DNA from: the human T2T-CHM13v2.0 reference genome, Homo sapiens
Direction: 5' to 3' (one strand)
Assembly (NCBI RefSeq): GCF_009914755.1
Contig: NC_060946.1
Length of the DNA stretch: 64,000 nucleotides
This document shows, piece after piece, positions 50,620 to 64,000 of the stretch; within the stretch, counting starts at the first letter, position 1, and each line of letters starts with the position of its first letter. The notes beneath the pieces are model-generated. The model saw only the letters and a list, made by a program, of their open reading frames with translations, searched no databases and was not told where the DNA came from. A program made the position numbers and the translations under genes.

Positions 50620-52782
50620 TGAGTAGCTGGGATTACAGGCACTGGGCCACAACACTGGCTAATTTTTTTGTATTTTTAGTAAAGACAGGGTTTCATCATG
50701 CTGACCAGGCTGGTCTCCAACTCCTGACCTTAAGTGATCTGCCTGCCTCGGCCTCCCAAAGTGCTGCGACTACAGGCATGAGCCACTGTGCTTGGCCTTA
50801 AACAAAACAAAACAAAAAAATTAAAAAGGAGGGAGATGGGAGAGAAGGGAGAAAGCAGCAAAGGAGACACTGTGGGCAGGAGGAGGATGTGATGTGGAGA
50901 GAGCCCCCTACTGTGGTCCTCACACATGACTCACTGGCTGGACAGACAAATCATAGCTTCTCTTGGGGTGGGCTTGCTGGTCTCAGCCGTCAGATGGGGA
51001 GACAGAGAGAAGGAAGGGACAGAGTGGTGGGGGAGACCCTGGCCACCCTAGGGAGAGCAAAAGGCTTGCCTGGCAGGGCAGGAACAGGGTGAGGCAAGCA
51101 GGGCATTGTCCTTGAGCACAAAAACTCAAGGGGGTGCCAAAAAACTCAGTAACCAAGATCAATAATGTTTCAATGCAATCTTTTTTAGATCAGTGGAAAA
51201 AAATCCATGACAAACAAAAAATATAAAGTGTTTAAATAGGACAAGTGATGTTGCGCTGTGCTAAGCCACACTGGAGCCAAGGCAGAAAGAAAAAAATCAG
51301 TAATACTGATCCTGACATTATTTACAATTTTTATATGTTGTTTTTCATGGATATTTTTGCATTTAGATTGTTTCATAACAGCTTTACTGAGGGACAATGC
51401 ACATATCATATAACTCACCTATTTAAAGTGTACAGTTCATGGGCCCGGCGCGGTGGCCCACGCCTGTAATCCCAACACTACGGGAGGCCGAGGCAGGCGA
51501 TCACCTGAGGTCAGGAGTTCGTGACCAGCCTGGCCAACATGGTGAAACCCTGTCTCTACTAAAAATACACAAATTAGCAGGGTGCAGTGGCAGATGCCTG
51601 TAATCCCAGCTGCTCAAGAGGCTGAGGCAGGAGAATCGCTTGAACTTGGGAGGCAGAGGCTGCAGTGAGCCAAAATTGCGCCACTGCGCTCCAGCCTGGA
51701 CAACAGAGCGAAACTCCATCTCAAAAAAAATAAAAAAATAAAGTGTACAGTTCAATGGTCTTTAGTATAATCACAGGGTTTAATATATTCACAGGTTTCT
51801 AGTATGTGCAGAGTAGTACACTCACAGAGTTTTCGTATAGTCATAGTCAATTTTGCTACATTTTCATCACCCAAAGAGAAACCTCGTACCCTTACGTATC
51901 AAACTGTAACCCCCTTCTCCTCCCAGCCCCAGGAGACCACTACTCTACTTTCCGTCTCTATGAGTTCGCCTATTCTGAACATTTCATAAAAATGGAATCA
52001 CACAAAGCATGTTCTTTAATGACCAGCTTTTTCCACTTAGCACACTCTGTTCAAGGTTCATCCGTTAGTTTTGATTTTTCAAATTTTGCATTAAAATATT
52101 ATCTTGATCACTTGATCATCCCCTGCTGCCTAGGGCTCTCCCAGGTCAAACCCTGGTTTCTGCAAACCCCCACTTAACAGCATGGTTCTATTCACACCTT
52201 CACGCAGAAGCCAGGGAGCTTGGGGCTGCCAGAAACCTCCTAGCCTGGACAGCAGGGCCTTCTAGGAGCCTCTGAGGAAATCCACACGGTGTGACAGACC
52301 GGGTATAGAAGCATATCATATCAATGTATATGTATCATATACATATCAATGCTGTAATACGATATAAAATAAGAGAAGATGATTTCTAGATTTGATGCAT
52401 AACTTTGGGTCCTTGAGCTCGGGAATGCAGAGCCAGCAGTGGCCTCGGAGAAAGCCTGGGCGAGCTCAGAAAGGAGAGTGTGGCCAAGGTCACACAGCAA
52501 GTTAATGGCACGGCCAGGCCTGAACACCTGGCTGGGTTCTTCCCATGTACCCAGAGGCCTTCTCTGCTGGCATCATGCTGGCTTGCTCTCCTAACAAGAT
52601 ACGGTAGGATGGTCTCCTGGTTAAAGTGTGGCTCCGGAGTCAGGCTACAGATGCTGGCTACAGAGCTACATGACTTTGGGCAAGACACTTAACCTCTGTG
52701 GTCATCAGGTTCCTCATTTGTAAAATGAGAATCATATTGCAGCAGTGCCATATGACTTTTGTAAGGATTAAATAAGATATTG

Positions 52783-53981
52783 TGCATTGCAGTACACTGA
52801 GCTCCACAGAGACAGCGCCGGGACAAGTGAGAGCCGGACGGGCACTGGGCGACTGTGCCTCGCTGAGGAAAAATAACTAAACATGAGCAAAGGAGATCCT
52901 AAGAAGCTGAGAGGCAAAATGTCATCACATGCATTTTTTGGGCAAACTTGTCGGGAGGCGCATAAGAAGAAGCACCCAGATGCTTCAGTCAACCTCTCAG
53001 AGTTTTCTAAGAAGTGCTCAGAGAGGTGGAAGACCATGTCTGCTAAAGAGAAAGGAAAATTTGAAGATATGGCAAAGGCGGACAAGGCCCATTACGAAAG
53101 AGAAATGAAAACCTATATCCCTCCCAAAGGGGAGACAAAAAAGAAGTTCAAGGATCCGAATGCACCCAAGAGGACTCCTTCGGCCTTCTTCCTGTTCTGC
53201 TCTGCGTATCGCCCAAAAATCAAAGGAGAACATCCTGGCCTGTCCATTGGTGATGTTGCGAAGAAACTGGGAGAGATGTGGAATAACACTGCCGCAGATG
53301 ACAAGCAGCCTTATGAAAAGAAGGCTGCGAAGCTGAAGGAAAAATACGAAAAGGATATTGCTGCATATCGAGCTAAAGGAAAGCCTGATGCAGCAAAAAA
53401 GGGAGTTGTCAAGGCTGAAAAAAGCAAGAAAAAGAAGGAAGAGGAGGAAGATGAGGAAGATGAAGAGGATGAGGAGGAGGAAGATGAAGAAGATGAAGAT
53501 GAAGAAGATGATGAATAAGTTGGTTCCAGCGCAGTTTTTTTTTTCTTGTCTATAAAGCATTTAACCCCCCTGTACACAACTCACTCCTTTTAAAGAAAAA
53601 AATTGAAATGTAAGGCTGTGTAAGATTTGTTTTTAAACTGTACAGTGTCTTTTTTTGTATAGTTAACACACTACCGAATGTGTCTTTAGATAGCCCTGTC
53701 CTGATGGTATTTTCAATAGCCGCTAACCTTGCCTGGTACAGTATGGGGGCTGTAAATTGGCATGGAAATTTAAAGCGGGTTCTTGTTGGTGCACAGCACA
53801 AATTAGTTATATATGGGGATGATAGTTTTTTCATCTTCAGTTGTCTCTGATGCAGCTTATACGAAATAATTATTCTGTTAACTGAATACCACTCTGTAAT
53901 TGCAAAAAGAAAAAGTTGCAGCTGTTTTGTTGACATTCTGAATGCTTCTAAGTAAATACAATTTTTTTATTAGAAAAAAAA
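52783..53981 (+). pseudogene. HMGB1P10: Processed retrocopy of HMGB1 mRNA (5' UTR, CDS, proximal 3' UTR, A-tail), antisense within a TPST2 intron
   Basis: Intronless; HMGB1 leader GAGGAAAAATAACTAAACATG; AGTAAA at 53951-53956; A-run to 53981; TSD AAGATATTG at 52774-52782 and 53980-53988. Confidence 0.93.
52883..53518 (+). CDS. HMGB1P10: Uninterrupted 211-aa HMGB1-like ORF of the retrocopy (expression unknown)
   Basis: Two HMG boxes and an acidic tail, no frameshift or premature stop. Confidence 0.5.
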
Positions 53982-54935
53982 GATATTGCATGTGAAGCAC
54001 TTAGTTCCACACCTAGCAAACAGCAGGTGCTCTAGGTCTTATCATCATTATTACTATTATTAGTATCTGGAATCTAGCATCTCACGGAGAGTCCTTTGTA
54101 GGACATGGAATGCTATCCCAGCAGGCACAGGAAGGAAAATTTAGGCTTAGGTACTAGGGAGCCATGGCAGATGTTTGAGCAGTGGGTGAGCAGCATGACT
54201 TTGAAGCTGCATAGGGCTGGCCGCCAGTCCAGTACCCACCTACAGGGAACATCTTTGCCAAGGTCCTTCCTCGCAGGCTCCAAATCCCTGGCAGTCCTCC
54301 CAGTGCTGCTGGGCAAAGCCAGAGCACAACTCCCACAGGCTACACCCCGTGACATTTCCAGCCTTGTTTGCTTCCTGGGTGCCAGCCGGGCTGGTGAACA
54401 CCAAGCAGTCAACAAGCTGGGGGACTTGAAGCAGCCCACACAGCCTCAATCCACAGATACAAAGACCAGGAGGCCCAGCGGCCCGGCGGGGGCCACAGGG
54501 TGGCAGAGGAGAAACTGTCCTTATTTTGGAGTCATGAAGGCAAGCCTAGCTCCTCCTTTGCTGTGTGACCTTGGGAGAGTCCCTTTCCCTCTCTGAGCTC
54601 CAGTCTGCCCATATGCGAGAAGGACTTATCTGCTTCTGTATGCTTAGGGGCTGCTGGAGAGATGCAACACAATAAAACAACAATGGTGTCCTTTGGCAGC
54701 ACCCCCACCATGAGCCAGACACTGTGCTGAACGTTCCAGGTGTGTAACTTCACTAAACCCTCACAGCTCTACAAGCCAGTCCATGTGCCATTTCTACTTT
54801 TAAGATGCACCTAATTGCTCAACTCATTGGTACAACCTCTATATTACAAACTGGAGGGAGAAGGCATAAGTCTCTTTGGAGTAAAAGATCCAATCCTATG
54901 TTCTTCCCCCTTTTCTAAGATGTAACTGCTGTTGA

Positions 54936-55440
<505 letters not shown>

Positions 55441-55619
55441 ATTCTACATAGCCTCCTGAAACTGACTGGGTTCACTGAACACGAGGTCTTTCCGTGTCAG
55501 CATGTTTGTTCTATCATCCAGTAAACATTGCTTGAGCACCTACTGGGTGCCAGGCCTTGTTCTAGCACCGGGGCCAAATCAGTAAACAAGACAAAGCCCC
55601 AGCCTCCAGAGGGCACTGA

Positions 55620-55922
<303 letters not shown>

Positions 55923-58004
55923 TGATCCACCCGCCTCGGCCTCCTAAAATGCTGGGATTACAGGCGTGAGCCACCACGCCCGGCCCTCCCTCCCTCTTCT
56001 TAATTGTTCCAGAGCATCCCAGCAGGAACAACACACCATTCAGTTAGCCAAGGCCTTCTGACAGACATGTAAGCTGCTTTCATCTTCTTGCAATGACATA
56101 CCATCACAAAGGACCATGCCTCCTTGTGCCCATGCATGAAAGGTGCCCTAGGGCCTCACTAGGGTCTTGCAAGCAGTAAGGCCACCTGGGAGGCTGCTAG
56201 TCCCATGCCTTAGAAGGTACTTAACCGGCTTTTTAACCAGACCCCAGGCGTTTCCATGCACAATACGATTTGAGAAGCACAGCTCTAGGTAGCTACCTGT
56301 AGGGGGTCGGCGGGCTCAGGGGCCACTCTCCCTTTATATTTCAGCAGATACTGCAAGTGCCCTCCCAAAGACCCTCCTGCCAGCAGTCTGCATGTTCCCC
56401 TTCTGCACCAACTTTGTGTTGCCGGAGGTTGCCGTTTTTGCCAAGCTGACGATTCCTCCCATTTTCCAACTATGGAGACTGAGGCTGAACGAGGTGTCTA
56501 GACAACCAGCGCCAGGGGCCAATGACCTCTAAGGCCTCTCCCAGTTCTGACATTTAGGATCTGGCCACAGCCTAGGTGTCTTCGTACCAGCCTCCTGATC
56601 AACCACTCTCACTCTCAGTAGCTGCTTGGAGCAGGAAGGAGGAAAGGTTACAGCTCACCCAGCAAAGGAAGCAGAGTTCCTGAGGGAGGGAGCAGGCTTA
56701 GTGGGCTGGACATCTGTGAGCGCCACTGGCAAGGCTGCTGCTATGCCCCTTCATGTCCAGTCATGCAGGACGGAGGACCAGGCTGGGGACAGCGCAAGCC
56801 TTGCCCCGTCATGAATAACAGGTAACGCCGGAGGGCCGAGCAGAGGAGGGAAAGTGCTCCAGGGCCAAGAAGCCAGATGAGTCCCCAACTTTGCTCTCAC
56901 CAGTTGCACATCTTAGCCTCAGTTTCCTCCCCTAAAAATGGGCTCCTACCACTCACTGCAGAAGGCTGCAGTGAACACTTATGCACAGATCAGTCAACAA
57001 ACAGCAGCCACCACCTGAAGCCTTGCCTTGGGCCGGTGCTCTGTTACTTTTATTCAACTTACTATAGCCTCACAGCAGCTGACTGGCACTGTTATTCTCC
57101 CCATTTGACAAATGGGGAAATTGAGGCCCAGAGAGGTGCAGTGCTCTGCCCTTGATCGAACACTGAGTTATAGCCATGGAAGGGGTATCCTTGGACCTGC
57201 AAAGTCAGCATTACTCATCTGAATTCTGCCTCTGTGGAGCTGTGTGGCCCTGGGCAAACTGCTTCACCTCTCTGAGCCTCCACTTTCTCAGCAGTGAAAT
57301 GAGGACGTAACACACAGAGTGGAGAGGGGAAGCCATCTGCAAACAGAGAATACTGTCTGCAGACCCCCCACTGAGACTTCATAATGCCACCTCCAAAACA
57401 CCCAGCCCAGGAAGACCTGTCACCTGTGGGCATCTCTGATCTTTCCTGAGCTCTAGCTGCAACATGGGCCAGGCCATGCAAAGCTGGTAGCCCCCAGAGA
57501 GGGAAAGCCACTTGCTCTAGTTGACACAGCTGGTAAGTAGTAGAGAGCAGAGCCAAGCAGCAAGAGATGAGGTTTCAAACCTGAGAGCGGTACAGGCAGC
57601 AGCCAGGGTGGAGGCGAGGGTCAGGCTCGAGCTGGCAGGTGGCTGGAGTGGGGACCACCAGGAGCTGGCAGACCCTTGGTGGCCAAGGTCTCTCTCCTGC
57701 TGGCTTTTAGCTGGGAGGCTCCTTTGAAGGATCAGTCAGCCTTGCGATGGGCCTGCCTCTCCTAAAGGCTCCTCCCTCTTCTGGATCCAGTCTTGTTGCT
57801 CACCTGTGGACTGGCAGCGGGCACCTCCTCTCTGGGGAATCAGGGCTTCTCTTGGCGGCTGTGGCTCAGGTCTCCTAGGCCATGCAGTCTCCCTGTGGCC
57901 AGACTTGCCCTGGTCTCTGGAATTCCCTCTTGTCATTTTGGCCAGAGGATGTCAGCCCCTGCCTAAAACCTTCCACAGAATTCTAGCTCCTTCCTGTAGT
58001 TTGT

Positions 58005-58470
58005 AACAGCGCCACCCAATAGAAATGCAGTGTGAGACACACTTCAAATTCTCAGTTTTCCAGTAGCTATGTTACAGAAGTAAATTTAATAACATTTTAT
58101 TTAACTCAATATATATAAAATATTATCATCAATCAATATAAACATTACTGAGATAGTTTATAGTCTTTTTTTTTTAATTACTTAGTCCTTGAAACCCAGG
58201 GTAAAACTACTTTCAGCACATCTCAATTTGGATGCTAAATTCTCAGTAGAAATGGCTAATCTGTACAGAGATTTCATAAAATTGATAGTTGAACAAAGTA
58301 TATCCACACACCCAAACTGTTGTACACACACTTAAAAGTTTTCCAAGAATGGGAATGAGTATCTGTTCTGAAATTAAAATAGATAAAGACTTGAAATTCA
58401 GTTCCTCAGCCACAGCAGCCACATTTCGAGGGCTCTGCAGCCACACGTGGTTTGTGGTTGACGTGGTGGG
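58005..58470. mobile_element. MER33/Charlie-like hAT element
   Basis: Motifs cccaatagaaat, cagcacatctcaatttgga, gaaattcagttcctcag...gccacatttc. Confidence 0.6.
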
Positions 58471-58797
58471 CATGAAGGTTAATAAACTCCTGGCCAGGCA
58501 CGGTGGCTCATGCCTGTAATCCCAGCACGTCGGGAGGCTGAGGCAGGCAGATTACCTGAGGTCAGGAGTTAGAGACCAGCCTGGACAACGTGGTGAAACC
58601 CTGTCTCTATTAAAAATACAAAAATTAGGCTGGGTGCGGTGGCTCACGCCTGTAATCCCAGCACTTTGGGGGGCCGAGGAAGGCGGATCACAAGGTCAAG
58701 AGATCGAGACCATCCTGGCCAACATAGTGAAACCCCGTCTCTATTAAAAATACAAAAATCAGCCAGGCGTAGTGACACGCACCTGTAGTCCCAGCTA

Positions 58798-58959
<162 letters not shown>

Positions 58960-59224
58960 TCAGCTGGGCATGGTAGCAGGCGCCTGTAATCCCAGCTGCT
59001 CAGGAGGCTGAGGCAGAAGAATCACTTGAACCCAGGAGGCGGAGTTTGCAGTGAGCCGAGATTGAGCCACTGCACTCCGGCCTAGATGACAGAGTAAGAC
59101 TCTGTCTCAAAGTCAGTAAATAAACAAACAAACAAACAAACAAACTCCTTAAGGCCAGGACAACACTCCCAATCCCTCTGCTCTCCTCTCTTCCCCCGCT
59201 CATATCGTATTGTAATTGTCCATC

Positions 59225-59447
59225 TTGGAGTTTCTCAGTCTCTGCACTATAGACATTTGGACCAGATCATTCTTTGTGGTAGTATGGGGTGGGGCTGTCC
59301 CATGCATTGTAGGATGTTTAGCCGCATCCCCGGCCTCTACCAAGGAGATGCCAGTAGCATCCCCTCCCTGAGTCCTGACAACCAAAAATGTCCCCAGGCA
59401 TTGCTGACTGCCCCCTGGGGGTGCAGTCATCCCCATCAAGAACACTG
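59225..59447. mobile_element. MER20 DNA transposon
   Basis: gacatttggaccagatcattctttgtgg...tgtaggatgtttagc...gacaaccaaaaatgtccccaggcattgc. Confidence 0.8.
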
Positions 59448-60009
59448 GTCTATTGCGGGGTAAGAGGGGGTGAGACTAAGCCGATTCTTTCCATCTCCCA
59501 GGTACCTGTCCAGTGCCTGATGCACAAAGGTGCCCAAGCCTGTACCTGAACAGAAGAGGCTTACTCCACCCTGAGACTCACCTCTTCCAGGAAGCTTTCC
59601 ACAATGCCTTAGCCCAGTTAGTGTTTCTGCTGGGATCCCACAGCCCCCTGCGCTCACCACTGGTGCAGTCCCCTCCAAGGGTAGGAAATGGGCCTTGCTC
59701 ACTGTTTATTTTCAAGGCCTAGCCTGGAAGTTGGTATACAGACCTGAGAAACAGGGATGACTTAGGTTGAAAGCCATGCAAGGCCAGTTTTGCCCATTTT
59801 AATTCAGGGCTTCCTCATCCCAGCAAAAGATGCTAATATCAGTCACAGTTCCATCTATACACCAGTCAATGAGCTAATATCCACAGGATTTAGAGAGGGA
59901 AACTGAGGCTCACACATGTGAAGCTTGTCCTGGATTCCAATGACCTTGAGGCTTAAAATTCCCGGTTCCTCCTCTTATGGATCAAATGAAGTCATGCATG
60001 AAAAAAGAT

Positions 60010-61845
<1,836 letters not shown>

Positions 61846-61886
61846 TAGTCTTAACGAATCACACTTTCAGCAAGCTTGGTGGCTCA

Positions 61887-62305
<419 letters not shown>

Positions 62306-62307
62306 TC

Positions 62308-62340
62308 AAAAAAAAAAAAAAAAAAGGAAGAAAGAAAGAA

Positions 62341-62376
<36 letters not shown>

Positions 62377-62434
62377 CAGAAAGAAAGAAAGAAAGAAGGA
62401 AAGAAAGAAAGAAAGAAAAGAAAGAGAGAAAAAA
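62308..62434 (+). repeat. (GAAA)n-type microsatellite grown from an Alu A-tail
   Basis: Direct reading. Confidence 0.95.
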
Positions 62435-62939
62435 TTAATTAATCACACTTTGTCAAATGCTGAGGAATGGTGTTGCTGGCTGGGGTATGCTACCCGCCCC
62501 ACTCCACCCCACACACTTTTTTTTCCCGGCTGCTGCAGAGGAACACACAAGACTCTTTGCATTCATTCAATCAACACTTGCAGGACGGCGCTCTCCCAGG
62601 GCTAGTCGGTCCTGGGCGCCAGGAACTTCAAGGACAATTGAGCTTCAGCCTCTGATCATGCCACCCACACCCCGGCTCCTGGCATGGACACCTCCCAGAC
62701 CCACACTCAATAAATGAGCAGCCAGGCCACGGTGGCTTTTGATCAGATGCCAAGGAGGTTATGTCTGCTTGTCTTCCTCTTTCTCTACAGCCCCATGAAA
62801 ACGTTTACAGGGTTTTTCCTTATGCGGGGCCAAACCCAGCCATTCTGGCACAGGTATCAGGAGGTCACACTTGGCTACTGTGGCCCTCTCTCCTCCCTCC
62901 AGTTCAGGAGATACTAGCGCCCCTGGATGCTCCCCACAG

Positions 62940-63900
62940 GCTGACATCTCCTGAATTGTCATCTTGAACCCAAATCTCTCTCCTCACTTGGACACAGTTG
63001 CCCACTCTCTTCCTCCCTGCACCTGGGTGTTGAGCCTGGTCCTTTCCCCAGCATACCCCACCTGCAGCTGGTAGCAGCAGCATACCCCACCTGCAGCTGG
63101 TAGCAGCTCCATCCTTTCATGCTGGTGCCAAAAACCTTGAAGGCAGCTTTGATTCTTCTTTCTCACCCTAATCCAATCCAGCAGCAACTCCTGTTAACTT
63201 CACCTTTAAAACAGAGCCAGAATCCGCCATTTCTCACCACCCGCACTGCCAGACGTTTGTTTCAGGCGTTCACTTCTTACCACTCTGGTCCAAGCCACCT
63301 CATCACTAGCTTCCCTGATTCTGCCCTTGTCTCATCAGTTGATTTTCAGCAAGCAGCCACAGTGACCTTAGGAAAACGGAAGTCAGGCTATGGCCCTCCT
63401 CTGCTCCGCATCCTCCCATGGCTCCCACTTTACTCAGGAAAAACCAGTCCTCATTTGCCTTACAGGTTTGACCCCACCCCTTACCTTTCTGCCCCCAACC
63501 CCACTGGCCCTTGCCTCTTCTCCAGCCACGCTGGCCCCCTTGCTGTCACTCAAACACACAAGCACCCTCCCTCCTCTGGGCCAGTGCCCTGGCTGTGCCC
63601 GCTGCCCGGATGCCCTTTCCCCAAACATCCACTTGGCTCACTCTCTCACCCTCCTGTCCTCTCTCACATCGCACTTCTTCAAGGCCTCTTCTGATCAACC
63701 AGTTAGTGCTGCAACCTGCCCCGCCAACACGGCACTCCAGAAGCCCTCACCCTGCGTGATTTTTTTTTTCCCCCAGCACTCACCACCTTCTAACACATCA
63801 TATGATTGACTTACATATTCTGCATTCATTGTCTGGGAGCCTTGAATGCTCTGTTTCCGGAGCATTGCAGCTCAGTAGGTGGTCAATTAATATTTACTAG
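62940..63900 (+). mobile_element. L2 (LINE2) 3' remnant
   Basis: Motifs tccaatccagcagcaactcctg, ctggtccaagccacc, cagcagccacagtgacct, ctcagtaggtggtcaattaatattt. Confidence 0.7.
63049..63106 (+). repeat. Perfect 29-bp tandem duplication
   Basis: CAGCATACCCCACCTGCAGCTGGTAGCAG x2. Confidence 0.95.
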
Positions 63901-64000
63901 ATAGAGTTGTCACTCTGCACCCCTTCTCCTAAGGCCACAGAATCCTGACCGGCCCCTCTCAGCATAGCAACCGTGAAATGGCCAATTCTCCACTAGTCTG

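Noticed and set aside
53018-53577. Hydrophobic and poly-Ser minus-strand ORFs
   Set aside because: Reverse complement of the GAR/GAY-rich HMGB1 tail
63119-63809. 191-aa and 139-aa ORFs
   Set aside because: Pro/Leu/Ser-rich frames over a degenerate L2; no domain or splice support

Overview
Human (primate) genomic DNA that I recognise as the TFIP11-TPST2 locus on chr22q12. Left end: 5' part of TFIP11 on the minus strand (first coding exon 2473-2690) and its CpG-rich, apparently bidirectional promoter at about 4.6-5.1 kb. Middle: the complete TPST2 CDS on the minus strand (four coding exons summing to 1134 nt = 377 aa + stop), plus a non-coding 5' exon and a 3'-UTR exon. The rest is TPST2 upstream intron; the main first exon lies beyond the window. 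That intron holds the MADE1-derived MIR548J hairpin, an HMGB1 retrocopy with an intact 211-codon ORF, and a MER41 solo LTR. A large part of the window is Alu/MIR/L1/L2/LTR/DNA-transposon sequence, and nearly all other ORFs in the track are repeat artefacts. Top observations: (1) the 930-nt TPST2 exon is flanked by inverted Alus and, if back-spliced, forms a stop-free 310-codon circular ORF; (2) a sense MLT2A LTR in the TFIP11 leader has a perfect DUX4 motif, a splice donor and an apparently disabled poly(A) signal; (3) the HMGB1 retrocopy's substitutions cluster in box A. Repeat family names come from recalled consensus sequences and most repeat boundaries are approximate.
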